From a virus, in the IMG/VR virus record IMGVR_UViG_3300025018_000102, positions 64,001 through 128,000 of that record: a DNA stretch of 64,000 bases, one strand, 5' to 3'. The position numbers and the translations under genes were made by a program. The notes below the pieces were generated by a model that ran no database searches, was not told the DNA's origin, and was given only the letters and a program-made list of their open reading frames with translations. This document shows, piece after piece, positions 9,371 to 18,677 of the stretch (positions are counted from its first letter, which is position 1; every line of letters starts with the position of its first letter).

Positions 9371-11110
9371 TTACACGTAGGTGAAGGCGCCAGTGAGTAG
9401 AACGGTGTCAGATGCGAGCCAAATGAGGGTGCACGGGGCGTATTGATCGTTCATCGAAAACGACCCCGCACCACTGGTCTGTCCATCTCCACCAAAGATG
9501 TCGATGCCTGTGTCTGCGATGAAGTTGATCTGACTGCCGGAAATCATGTTGGTGACGACGCATGAGTCTCCCGCCGTCCCCGTCTTTACCGTGATGTTGC
9601 GGGTGAGATCTGTGCCGGTGTGCCGTATCACTTGGTTGTTGTTCTGTGCCCCAGTGATGTCCGTGTAAATACCGCCGCTTAGGTATTGGGCGTCGTCGAT
9701 CTCGAAGATGGTGAGCCTAACGGGTCCTTTTGCCGAGAGCTTGGTGTCTGTGTCGTCCCGAACCTCGACAATGGCAGCCTGCACATCGGTAGCAGCGATG
9801 TCCCCGTCGGGTGTGAAGGAAAGTTCCGACGCTGTGTCAGGGGTGGTGATTGTTACCTGACCCCCAGAGTTCACTACAGTGGCGCCCTCAAACACGAACG
9901 AGTTCACGTTCGACGTCCTAGGGGGGTTCTCTACCCCCGGCGCGCCCTGGTAGACAGAGATGGGTCGGTAGAAGTGGGGCAGGAGCCATACCTCTGTAGT
10001 AGTTCTCCACAGCAAGGTGACCGTGTCGTACTGATTGAGGGCGAACGTGTTGTTCCCTGCGAATACTAGGGTGGCTGTCCCCTCCACAAGGTTGATCCCT
10101 GCTGCGTCTTCGAACCCCGCACCCAGCCTGCTCAAAAGACACCAGCGGCCAGCAGTGCCCGAGTTGACAGTCACCTCGACGTCCGCTCCGTCGCTGGCCG
10201 CTGTGTAGGTCCGATGCGTATCCACCGTGGTCCCGTCCAGCGTGTCTGTTCTGGCGGCAACCGTGACCTCCGTGAAACCGGCCTGGAGCCCTGCCAGTTT
10301 GGTGAAGTCGGCGGAGGCCATGAAGCCATCCGCGATGGCGCTAGCTACAGAGTGAAGGGTTCCTCCAGGAAGGTTGCCGTGGCTATGGACGTGGTCAGAA
10401 GCAGCTAGTGAAGTAGCTGAACCTGCTGAGTTGGCAATACCAACGGAGGAAGGGGTGCCAGTCGTGACATCGTGCTTATGATCTGCTCTTGCAGCTTCAG
10501 TGGACACTCCAACAGCCGCTGCTGTGGTGGTTACGTTAGCAGGAGCAGAAGATGTAAGAGTCACACCGCCAGGGATGGTAACTACCACTTCGCCGGGAGT
10601 CGTGGGCTCAGTAACAGTAACCCCCGCACCTACAAAGTCCATGTAGGTTACTGGGGCAGAGGAAGCGCTTCCTCCTTCATCTAGTACAGTTAGACTGCCT
10701 GAGATAGTGACATCAATCTCCCCTGGGGTGCCCTCAATGGCGGTTACTCCAGGACCGGTGAAGTTAAGTATGGTTACAGGAACAGTGTTTGCTGTGCCTC
10801 CCTCGTCTTGTACCTCAAGAGATCCTGCTCCTGCGCCTGAAACAGTCACCGTCACCACTCCGGCAGAGTTGGTGGCGGTTACTCCAGCGCCAGTGAAGTT
10901 GATGGACGTAGTAGCAGTTGAAAGGACCGCGCCTTCATCACGGGTGGTGAGAGGGCTCAGTCCAGACTGAATGGTCTCGAGTTGGATGATCGCCGCAGCA
11001 AGAGAGTTTACGTGAGACGCAAGAACGTCATGGACATTATCCGACAGTGTAGGAAAGTCCGTTGTAGTGTCATCAACACTACCTGGACTCCCGTTATAGC
11101 CAGTTGACCA
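9371..11110 (-). CDS. Tail fibre protein (start extended beyond the ORF-track call at 10858)
   Basis: The frame is open to 11161. The upstream part reads STGYNGSPGSVDD...DNVHDVLASHVNSLAAAIIQLE plus a first DEG repeat. The protein has three DEG...NFTG.GVT repeats, ARADH.H motifs and two C-terminal QY..TL.W domains. The start codon is uncertain. Confidence 0.8.
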   Translation of the reverse strand, partial: WSTGYNGSPGSVDDTTTDFPTLSDNVHDVLASHVNSLAAAIIQLETIQSGLSPLTTRDEGAVLSTATTSINFTGAGVTATNSAGVVTVTVSGAGAGSLEVQDEGGTANTVPVTILNFTGPGVTAIEGTPGEIDVTISGSLTVLDEGGSASSAPVTYMDFVGAGVTVTEPTTPGEVVVTIPGGVTLTSSAPANVTTTAAAVGVSTEAARADHKHDVTTGTPSSVGIANSAGSATSLAASDHVHSHGNLPGGTLHSVASAIADGFMASADFTKLAGLQAGFTEVTVAARTDTLDGTTVDTHRTYTAASDGADVEVTVNSGTAGRWCLLSRLGAGFEDAAGINLVEGTATLVFAGNNTFALNQYDTVTLLWRTTTEVWLLPHFYRPISVYQGAPGVENPPRTSNVNSFVFEGATVVNSGGQVTITTPDTASELSFTPDGDIAATDVQAAIVEVRDDTDTKLSAKGPVRLTIFEIDDAQYLSGGIYTDITGAQNNNQVIRHTGTDLTRNITVKTGTAGDSCVVTNMISGSQINFIADTGIDIFGGDGQTSGAGSFSMNDQYAPCTLIWLASDTVLLTGAFTYV

Positions 11111-11118
11111 GTTTAGGA

Positions 11119-11459
11119 CTACTCCGATAGCGCAGCCTTCTCTTTCTCCGCTAAAAATGACTTAGCGATATCACTTTTTCTAGACAGCACAGGATCCCCT
11201 GTATAGAGTATTTTTGACAACTTTATGGCCTTTTTACTCTTTAAAGACATAGTGAAAAACCCAGGTGTCACTTCACGAGGCTGAAGAAACTTCTAAACTT
11301 GTCAACATGGTCCCGGTCCTTTAACACCAGTGTAATGCACGGGGACCATGTCTTGTACTGATGTACATTGCCGTCAGTAGCCAGCATTCCGAGCCAGTAC
11401 AAAGACTCTGGAGTGAGTCTTTCAAAAGCTCCAGTATTGTGGCTTAACTTGCGGTTCAC
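11119..11459 (-). pseudogene. Degenerate free-standing LAGLIDADG homing endonuclease
   Basis: Frame 1 contains YWLGMLATDG. After a shift at about 11268-11292, frame 2 gives ...ILYTGDPVLSRKSDIA. The second LAGLIDADG motif is missing and the segment is AT-rich. Confidence 0.8.
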
Positions 11460-11472
11460 TGACGGCTACTCC

Positions 11473-12018
11473 TTACTTGCTCGCAGGAGGGTCTAGTTCA
11501 CCGTCACCATCCGCATCAATGGGCTGCCCCATGATCCGGCGGCCCAGGAGGGACCAAAGACCGCCCGCGGCTAGACCCGCCGATAGTCCACGCATAGCCA
11601 CTTCCAGCCAGTTGACGCCTTCCACGCCGTCGTTGACGTCCAAATACAGGGCGGTAGCGAATGCTGCAAGAACACCCGCAACAGCTGCGACCCAAATCTT
11701 GGCCTGGCCCTTCACGAACTTGGAGATGAACGGGACCTTAGTCGCGCCGAAAACAAGTAGCATGATAAGAAGAGATACAAAAAGTGACCACTCACCGCCT
11801 CGAGCCGCCTCAAAGACCGCTTGGACCAACGCGCCGCCCTCTTCAGGCATGGCCACTGGAGCAGAGGCCCCGGCGTCTACTGCGGAGTCCATGATGCCGG
11901 AGTCCATGATGCCGGCATCAGACACTCCTGCGTCCACTCCAGCCTCTTGGGCAAAGCCAACTGCTGGGGCCATTACAGCCACCATAACCAAAAACATTCT
12001 TGTGAACTTCATACTCAT
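11473..12018 (-). CDS. Membrane protein, holin candidate
   Basis: Signal peptide, DAG/DSG low-complexity repeats, then three hydrophobic helices and a charged tail. Confidence 0.55.
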   Translation of the reverse strand: MSMKFTRMFLVMVAVMAPAVGFAQEAGVDAGVSDAGIMDSGIMDSAVDAGASAPVAMPEEGGALVQAVFEAARGGEWSLFVSLLIMLLVFGATKVPFISKFVKGQAKIWVAAVAGVLAAFATALYLDVNDGVEGVNWLEVAMRGLSAGLAAGGLWSLLGRRIMGQPIDADGDGELDPPASK

Positions 12019-12023
12019 AAACC

Positions 12024-15000
12024 TTAGGTTGTTACATTATTAGTTGAGGTAATACCGGCGCCACCACCAGTGTTGATGGCGCCAACCTCGACGCCATTGA
12101 ATCCGGTGTAGTTGCCGTTGACTAGAGTGTAGGTGGATGCAACGAAACTAATAGCGTCTGTGGCGTCATTTGGGTTCACCCTGTTGCTATTCACCACTCC
12201 CCTTACGACATTTGTGAATAGTACTGTATCTTCTACGGAAACTCCAGAACTAACATGGTCCCAGTATACCACATTCCCAGAGAACGAGAAACTATCCAAA
12301 CCGGTACAAACCACTGCGGATTCGGTCCTAGCAGTTGCATTAGGCTGATCTCCCATGAAGGTGTTCCCGTTAATGCACACCCCAAACGCGTCTCCTGTTG
12401 CGCTAATGAAGGAGAAGGCCGTGGCGTCTGCAGCGAAGGTGTCCTCCAAGACGGTGTTACCTGAGAAGGTCAGCCCCTTGTTGCCTGCGCCAGAGGTGAC
12501 AATCTGGAACCCGCGTGCTCGTACCGTCGCACCTCCCATGGTGACGGTGTTTCCGGTGACACTGAATCCCTCAAATGGGCTTCCGCTCAGTGCGGTCATC
12601 ACGATGCCCCCATAGGTCTCACCGGCCATTAGGACTGAGTTGCTTCCGATACTTCCGGAGGAGACGTTACCTCCCACCTCAGTAGTTACAAGGATTCCGT
12701 TGGCCGTGGTATCTCCACACCTCACTGAGTTACCAGTGATCGAGTGCCTTACGGGATTGATGGACTTGATGCCCGCCGCGGCCGCGGAGAGGGAGTTGCT
12801 TGTAGTGATTGGCTCCACAGAGTTGCCAGAGATTGTGGCGTTCGGTGTGCCTCTGACAACGATTCCTCCAACAAACGACGTAGTTCCTACGCCTCCCTGA
12901 ACTGAGTTGCCGGTAACGGTGACCCCGCTGCCGCCATCGACTCGGATGCCCACAGTGTCCGCGGCGGACGCCGTAGACGAGTACTCCCGAATGACGTTCC
13001 CAGAGATGGTGCCGTGCCCTACTCCCGAGTTTAACACGCAACTAATGCCATAGGCCCCACCGGTGGCCCCATCAGAGGTGACCTTGTTTCCCGTAATCTC
13101 GAACACGTGGGGCCCAGTGACAGACACTCCATAGGCGATCCTGTCGGAACTAGTGACATCAAACTCATTCCCCGAAATCTCTAGGTCCACGGGGGAGGTG
13201 GAGTTGATTAGTACACCGTACTTGTCCCCTGTAGAAGATGGGATAGAGAGCTGGTTGTTTCGGATGCGCACGTCGCTACCAGTCACGGCGGCGTCGAACT
13301 GAACCAGCGCGTGGGTTGGAGTAGCTCCAACCACCGCAAGGGCTGCGGAGGCAATGATATTTCCAGAAATGAGAGTGTCTGTGTTAGCCCCTGAAAGCAT
13401 GTGCCAGAACCGATAGCACTCCTGGAACCTGTTCTCTGTGATTACACAGGAATCCACCAGCCCATTCGCAAATCCTGCAAATGTCACATAAGATCCTCCA
13501 GTAACTTCGAAGTTGTTCCCGTGTACATGCAAGTCACTGATGTCTGAGTTGTAGTAGAAGATGTAAGAGGGACTTGCCTCTGTGCTCCCCGCCACCACTG
13601 CAGTAACTCTGTTGTAGGCCCAACTGTGGTTTGTGAAGGCCACAAAAGACGGAGTGTAGATGAGTACTGGCGAGCCCCCTGTTGTAGCTGCAGTAATGCG
13701 GTTCTCATGCACTGAGAGAAAGTCTAGGTCTGCGTCTACATAGAACAGCACACTGCCGATTGCCAGGTTGTTGCCGCGGACTTCGATATTGGCAGATGCA
13801 ACAGCGCCGGCGATGTAGAAGAGGCTGGTACATGTCATGGCACAGTCAGCCACGACGACTTGGTTCACCTGTCCGTGGAAAAGGAATCCCACTGTGCCAG
13901 AGCACCTTTGGACGATGCAGTTGGCGAACACGGATGTTCCTCCTGCGTTGCCAAACACGGCGACACCAGAGCCAGCGGAGAACCGGCAATCCACAGCATG
14001 GACGCGGTTGTCCACGAGCCCGCTCCTCACAAAGGTGCCGCTGAACGCACACTGCTGAAGATGCAGGCGGCCTAGGCCCGTAAGGTCGATGATCTCAATG
14101 TCTCCAGTGCCCTGCTGCACTGTCAGGTCTCGCATCGCCACCACGTCGGTAGAGGCACCGGCCCCCACTTCAAACGCTGGGGCACCAACCACATTAGATA
14201 CAATGATAGTGGAACTCCGGCCCATTCCCTGCACTGTCATCGCCCGGTCAAGAGCCACAGTGTTGGTGAGGGTGTACGTGCCGTTCTTCACTAGAATGGT
14301 GCCACTGGCGGGACTAGTTGCTGCTAAGGCCGCAACGGCGGCAATGAACGGTGTCTCGTCCGTTCCGTTGAAGTCGCCGAAGGAGTTTACACCGTCTCCA
14401 ATGGAGACCGTGTTGCTGCGCGCGCCGGTGATTGAGCCCGACGGGTCCAAGTACCTCGGGTGGGTGCTGAAGGATGCAGGAGGAGTGTTCGCCGTGCTCT
14501 CGTCCGATCTTGGAGAGCCAAATCGCATGTCCCGAATCTGGGCAGCGAGAAAGTCTGTGTAGTCCTTTAGGGTCTTTAGACTTAGGTCGTCTCTGTCCCC
14601 GAAAGTCTCCTTAGACTTCATGAGCCCCGATCCACGGATCTCATCCCCCTGGAACATCTTAGGGGTTCGTTCCGGATGGGCCGTGTCAGAGGGGAGGGTC
14701 CGCTCCTGCATTAGGCGGGCGGTGCCAGAGGTTCTGCGGACAATCGCTCCTGCCTGATGAGCGCTTAGGAGGGCGGGTGCAACGGTGAGGATGTTGTTGT
14801 CCCCATCCACTGAGGACACCACAACAGCCTCGGGGGCCGCGCCACCTAGGTCAACTGTGATGTTGTCGGTGGCGTTGAACAGCCGGGCGCTCACGACCGG
14901 GATCCTAGTCTGGCCGATGGACACATCCCCGTCCGTGACGGTCGAGGGCTGCACCGTGGCCAACCCTGTGTTCACTGCTCCGGTGATCTCATTAGCACCG

Positions 15001-15524
15001 TCAGTCACAAGGATGGCCAACGGGATCCGGGTAGAACTAGGGTTAGAGGTCGCCTGGAAACCTGTTGTGCTTACTGGGCGAACGATCCGCCACGTGGGAG
15101 CGGTGCGGGTAGCCACAGACAAAGGGAACTCCCGCCCGTCCTCACTCGCGCCGTTGTCAAAACTGGGATCCCAGAACCCTCTTGAGTCGACGTCGGACGG
15201 AGTCTCGAGACGCTCCACCTCAACATAGAAAGTGGTGGATGAGCCGCTGAGTGTTACTGTGAGTTGGGTAGCCGGGAGGTCCTCTTCATGCACCAAGGCC
15301 CCATCGCGGTCTACAGCAGTCCCGTTGAATACCGTGATCTGTCCTGGGAAGGCCGCCTGGTCGTCGATCTGCACCCGGAACCCCTCAAGAACCCTGGACC
15401 GGTGGTCGATCACCGTCTTCTCGGTGTTTAACTTGGTGTTGTCTCGAGGGTACACAACTGTGCCCTGCTCGAAATCTCCAAGATCTACACGTTCATTTGG
15501 GTGTACTTTGAGTGATTTTGTCAT
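12024..15524 (-). CDS. Tailspike with right-handed parallel beta-helix (possible depolymerase)
   Basis: N-terminal baseplate-attachment region, GTILVKNGTY and VQGMG helix-cap motifs, then many I(S/T)GN repeats. Confidence 0.85.
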   Translation of the reverse strand: MTKSLKVHPNERVDLGDFEQGTVVYPRDNTKLNTEKTVIDHRSRVLEGFRVQIDDQAAFPGQITVFNGTAVDRDGALVHEEDLPATQLTVTLSGSSTTFYVEVERLETPSDVDSRGFWDPSFDNGASEDGREFPLSVATRTAPTWRIVRPVSTTGFQATSNPSSTRIPLAILVTDGANEITGAVNTGLATVQPSTVTDGDVSIGQTRIPVVSARLFNATDNITVDLGGAAPEAVVVSSVDGDNNILTVAPALLSAHQAGAIVRRTSGTARLMQERTLPSDTAHPERTPKMFQGDEIRGSGLMKSKETFGDRDDLSLKTLKDYTDFLAAQIRDMRFGSPRSDESTANTPPASFSTHPRYLDPSGSITGARSNTVSIGDGVNSFGDFNGTDETPFIAAVAALAATSPASGTILVKNGTYTLTNTVALDRAMTVQGMGRSSTIIVSNVVGAPAFEVGAGASTDVVAMRDLTVQQGTGDIEIIDLTGLGRLHLQQCAFSGTFVRSGLVDNRVHAVDCRFSAGSGVAVFGNAGGTSVFANCIVQRCSGTVGFLFHGQVNQVVVADCAMTCTSLFYIAGAVASANIEVRGNNLAIGSVLFYVDADLDFLSVHENRITAATTGGSPVLIYTPSFVAFTNHSWAYNRVTAVVAGSTEASPSYIFYYNSDISDLHVHGNNFEVTGGSYVTFAGFANGLVDSCVITENRFQECYRFWHMLSGANTDTLISGNIIASAALAVVGATPTHALVQFDAAVTGSDVRIRNNQLSIPSSTGDKYGVLINSTSPVDLEISGNEFDVTSSDRIAYGVSVTGPHVFEITGNKVTSDGATGGAYGISCVLNSGVGHGTISGNVIREYSSTASAADTVGIRVDGGSGVTVTGNSVQGGVGTTSFVGGIVVRGTPNATISGNSVEPITTSNSLSAAAAGIKSINPVRHSITGNSVRCGDTTANGILVTTEVGGNVSSGSIGSNSVLMAGETYGGIVMTALSGSPFEGFSVTGNTVTMGGATVRARGFQIVTSGAGNKGLTFSGNTVLEDTFAADATAFSFISATGDAFGVCINGNTFMGDQPNATARTESAVVCTGLDSFSFSGNVVYWDHVSSGVSVEDTVLFTNVVRGVVNSNRVNPNDATDAISFVASTYTLVNGNYTGFNGVEVGAINTGGGAGITSTNNVTT

Positions 15525-18500
15525 TATCTATTCTCGATTACGGATACTTGAACACCCGCCGCACGGATGAGGTTGATGAGGAACTCGAGTCGGAAGCGGA
15601 TATCGGTGGGCATCCGGAAAGGGTAGTCGTAGCCGTCATTTCCGGGCTGGCTTTTGCCACTTGCTCTTATCACCGTCTCTGCAGGGTTATGATTAGATTG
15701 TAACACGATTGGAACTGAAAAACTAAGATTCGAGCCATCTACGGACGTGTAGTTCAACTGCTCTTGTAGCGGCTGGAGCATAGAGACCTTCACCCCGGCA
15801 GCATGGGAGTTCTTCACTCCATACGCGCTTCCGTTGATGTCTAAGGTGGTTGCGGCATCGTTGTTCGTAACCAGGGCGTATTCCTCGTTTGCAGTACCCT
15901 CCCCGATGACTAGGTGATAAGGGTAAACCACTGGAAATGCTGAGGAATCAGCTAGTACGACGGCAGAATCTCCAGGAGCCAGGGCTGTGCCCAAGGCTGA
16001 AGTCCGCTTGATGAGCCCTGAACCGTAGTTGAGGATCACAGATCCTCCATCAGCGGATATCCCTGCTGTAGAAGCAAGTGGGATCTCATCGTACTCCACT
16101 TCAACCATCTCTCTGGTGAGGAATGACTGGCGGACGTACACCTGCTGGGTAGCCGATACTGCTATCCTAAGGCCCTCTGGGTTTAGGATGTTCACAGTGC
16201 TTCCGGGGCCTAGGCTGTACACATACTCCTCGTTGTCGATGAGAAGGGTTCCGGGGCTAGGGAAGGCGAGGGTCGTCCCCAGGGGGATGGAGGTGTCCCC
16301 CACAGCGCGATCGGCAGTCACGGTGGTGGTGAGCCCCACCGGATACTTACTTGTGGGGCGAGTAGTGTACCGGATGCGGCCTTGGTGGTCTCGGTCGATT
16401 GGGTCCACGGTCAGCACGTCGGCCAGAAGTTCAACGTCTGCGCCAATGAGGTGAGAGTTCACTGCTGGAGGAAATACCAAGAGCCTATCGGGACCGGTGT
16501 CCGTCCCAGACACGTACAAGATCTCCTCATTCACTGTGCCTGCACTGACCAGCACTCGGTAGCCTAAGGCGTCCGGGAAGGTGTCCGCCGTACCTCCACC
16601 CGTCAGGGCTGTCACTTCCAACGAGGAGTCTCCTGCAGTGACTGCGGCGGCGAGAGTCGTGGCTGTTCGGCTCTTCAGATTGACGTCGTCAATGTTGATA
16701 CGCTCTCGGTTGGCGGTGACGCGGCCAAGAAGTGCGTTGAAGGGGCTTGCAGAGCCTAGGGGAAAGTTGGATGCATCCAGCACTTCCACTGCAGTGGCGC
16801 CCGTGATGCAGTCCACTGCGAGCGCTGTGGGCCCGGCAAGGACCTCTGACAGAGAGGAAACGTACCCCGCACTGGCTGGCGCTGTCGACACTAGATCGTA
16901 GAGGTATGGGCCCTGCCATGTGTTGGGCACAACGAGTGGATTTCCCTCTGCCAGCGCGCTTGCTCCGGTGTGTGCGGACTCGAAGTAGAACACGTTCGCG
17001 CCCGTAAGGTGGGAAGCGGCGGCGGTAGTTACCAGGGACAGGGTGGTGGGCGAGAACACCCGAATGGTGGTTATTCCATCAGTAAGCGCAGCAAATGTCT
17101 CGCTGTCCACTGGGTTCGTGAAGGTGATGGATGTTGCCGTTGTTCCGGATACTACACGAGAGAAGGACACTCCTGCTCCAGGGTCCTCCACGAAAACCGA
17201 GAACCCAACAGGCACTGATCCAAAAAGGGAGTCGGCGGTGTTTAGTGTGGTGGTCGTGCTTCCTGTCAGTACGTAGGTAGAAGTGAGATAGTCCTTTGTG
17301 TACCCAATGTACTCCGAATCAATGCGCGCAGCTCCGGCGGGCGGAAGAGCCGCGGTGTTCACAACGCTGATGGAAGTGTCTCCGATTGCCACATCTGCTG
17401 TGAGTGGCACGGACACAGAAAGAATCTCTGGGTGCAGATACCCTGCGCTGCGAGTTGTATTGATATCCCCAATCTCCGCAGGAATGAGTAACTCGACGAG
17501 CCTTGGAGTAGACTGTATCACGTCCCAGGCCACGCCCAGCACCTTGGCGCCGCTTACGTGCACTAGGCTCTTAGTGCGTAGAAGTTCTACTTCCACTCCT
17601 ACTGGTACCTCAACATTAGGAACATCCCGCTCTAGTTGGAGCGCGTTCTCTGAGTAGTCATTGAACACGTATTTCAGTGTCGGCCGCACAGAGAAGGTGT
17701 CTCCTGCAGCCACTGCGGCCCCGAGGGCGGTCATAAATGTCAGGGTGTTCGTAGTGGCCCCAACTACAAGTGCCTCCACATCTGCCAACGCGGCGGTGAC
17801 GTTTCCTGTGAAGACCACAATGGATCCAACTAGGCGGCCGGACGTGAAGGTGTCCGGGGCACAGGTGAGGGCCGTAGTAGTGCCTGCGGTGGCCGTAAGG
17901 ACACTAGCGGACTTCCCTAGCCGGATGTACCCAGTAGGAGGAAACTTGCTCGTGTCGTCAAGCAGGAGGTACTCGGAAGTGGGAACGTACGCTACCGCAA
18001 CTCCAGTCTGGACCTCTGAAGGTATTGGGCCCACGTGGTCGTTCACGATGGCGGGCGAGACCGTAATCGTTCCAGAGTCCACATCGTTGGCCGTGATGGA
18101 CACTGTCTCCTCAGACGCTGTCCCTGGGCTCAGGGTGATTGTCGCGGAGAAGGTAGTTGGGAACAGTTGTGAGTCGTACAGGTAAAGAGAAGTGTCACCA
18201 GTTGATGCAGGAAGCACCAAGGTCTCAGCAGCGTCCTCTCGAGCCGTGTGAGAGAAGCTGGTGGCTGCCTCAAGCCACACTCGGTTCTCTCCGCGATCGA
18301 TAAAGCAGTAAGGAAGGGTCTCCTCCGTGGCTAGCCCTTGGTCTAGGATGATTGTTCCCAGGTCTGGAAAGGCGTCTACATTGTTCAGTACGATAGACCC
18401 TACTCCAGCAGGAGTGTCCTCTTCAACGTTCCCGCACACAGTCACCCGCGGGCCAAACACGATGGTCAGTACATCTCTGAACTTCTGGGCAATCTGCTTG

Positions 18501-18676
18501 TACCGGAGGCCTAGGGTCTTGGTGATCGCACGCCAGGAGTCGTCGCTGAAACCCAAAGGAGGACGCTCTAGGCCGATGTTTGAGGAGACGTTGTTTAGGT
18601 ACTCCCCGTCAGCGTAGTCGACACTCATTTGGTCGAGCACCTCAGCGATGGCGCTCTGCTGTACTTCAGTGGTCAT
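15524..18676 (-). CDS. Baseplate wedge protein (P2 gpI-like ends) with many inserted beta modules
   Basis: N-terminus ADGEYLN...GLER...DDSWR and C-terminus LIRAAGV. Contains repeated FP..G.I....EE modules and follows the gpJ-like gene. Confidence 0.7.
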   Translation of the reverse strand: MTTEVQQSAIAEVLDQMSVDYADGEYLNNVSSNIGLERPPLGFSDDSWRAITKTLGLRYKQIAQKFRDVLTIVFGPRVTVCGNVEEDTPAGVGSIVLNNVDAFPDLGTIILDQGLATEETLPYCFIDRGENRVWLEAATSFSHTAREDAAETLVLPASTGDTSLYLYDSQLFPTTFSATITLSPGTASEETVSITANDVDSGTITVSPAIVNDHVGPIPSEVQTGVAVAYVPTSEYLLLDDTSKFPPTGYIRLGKSASVLTATAGTTTALTCAPDTFTSGRLVGSIVVFTGNVTAALADVEALVVGATTNTLTFMTALGAAVAAGDTFSVRPTLKYVFNDYSENALQLERDVPNVEVPVGVEVELLRTKSLVHVSGAKVLGVAWDVIQSTPRLVELLIPAEIGDINTTRSAGYLHPEILSVSVPLTADVAIGDTSISVVNTAALPPAGAARIDSEYIGYTKDYLTSTYVLTGSTTTTLNTADSLFGSVPVGFSVFVEDPGAGVSFSRVVSGTTATSITFTNPVDSETFAALTDGITTIRVFSPTTLSLVTTAAASHLTGANVFYFESAHTGASALAEGNPLVVPNTWQGPYLYDLVSTAPASAGYVSSLSEVLAGPTALAVDCITGATAVEVLDASNFPLGSASPFNALLGRVTANRERINIDDVNLKSRTATTLAAAVTAGDSSLEVTALTGGGTADTFPDALGYRVLVSAGTVNEEILYVSGTDTGPDRLLVFPPAVNSHLIGADVELLADVLTVDPIDRDHQGRIRYTTRPTSKYPVGLTTTVTADRAVGDTSIPLGTTLAFPSPGTLLIDNEEYVYSLGPGSTVNILNPEGLRIAVSATQQVYVRQSFLTREMVEVEYDEIPLASTAGISADGGSVILNYGSGLIKRTSALGTALAPGDSAVVLADSSAFPVVYPYHLVIGEGTANEEYALVTNNDAATTLDINGSAYGVKNSHAAGVKVSMLQPLQEQLNYTSVDGSNLSFSVPIVLQSNHNPAETVIRASGKSQPGNDGYDYPFRMPTDIRFRLEFLINLIRAAGVQVSVIENR

Positions 18677-18677
18677 T

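Noticed and set aside
11119-11459. Group I intron carrying the endonuclease and supplying the missing fibre start
   Set aside because: The endonuclease remnant fills the whole gap, leaving no room for a ribozyme core, and no core motifs are visible.
6216-15524. Diversity-generating retroelement or invertible fibre cassette
   Set aside because: No reverse transcriptase, recombinase, template/variable repeat pair or flanking inverted repeats were seen in this window.
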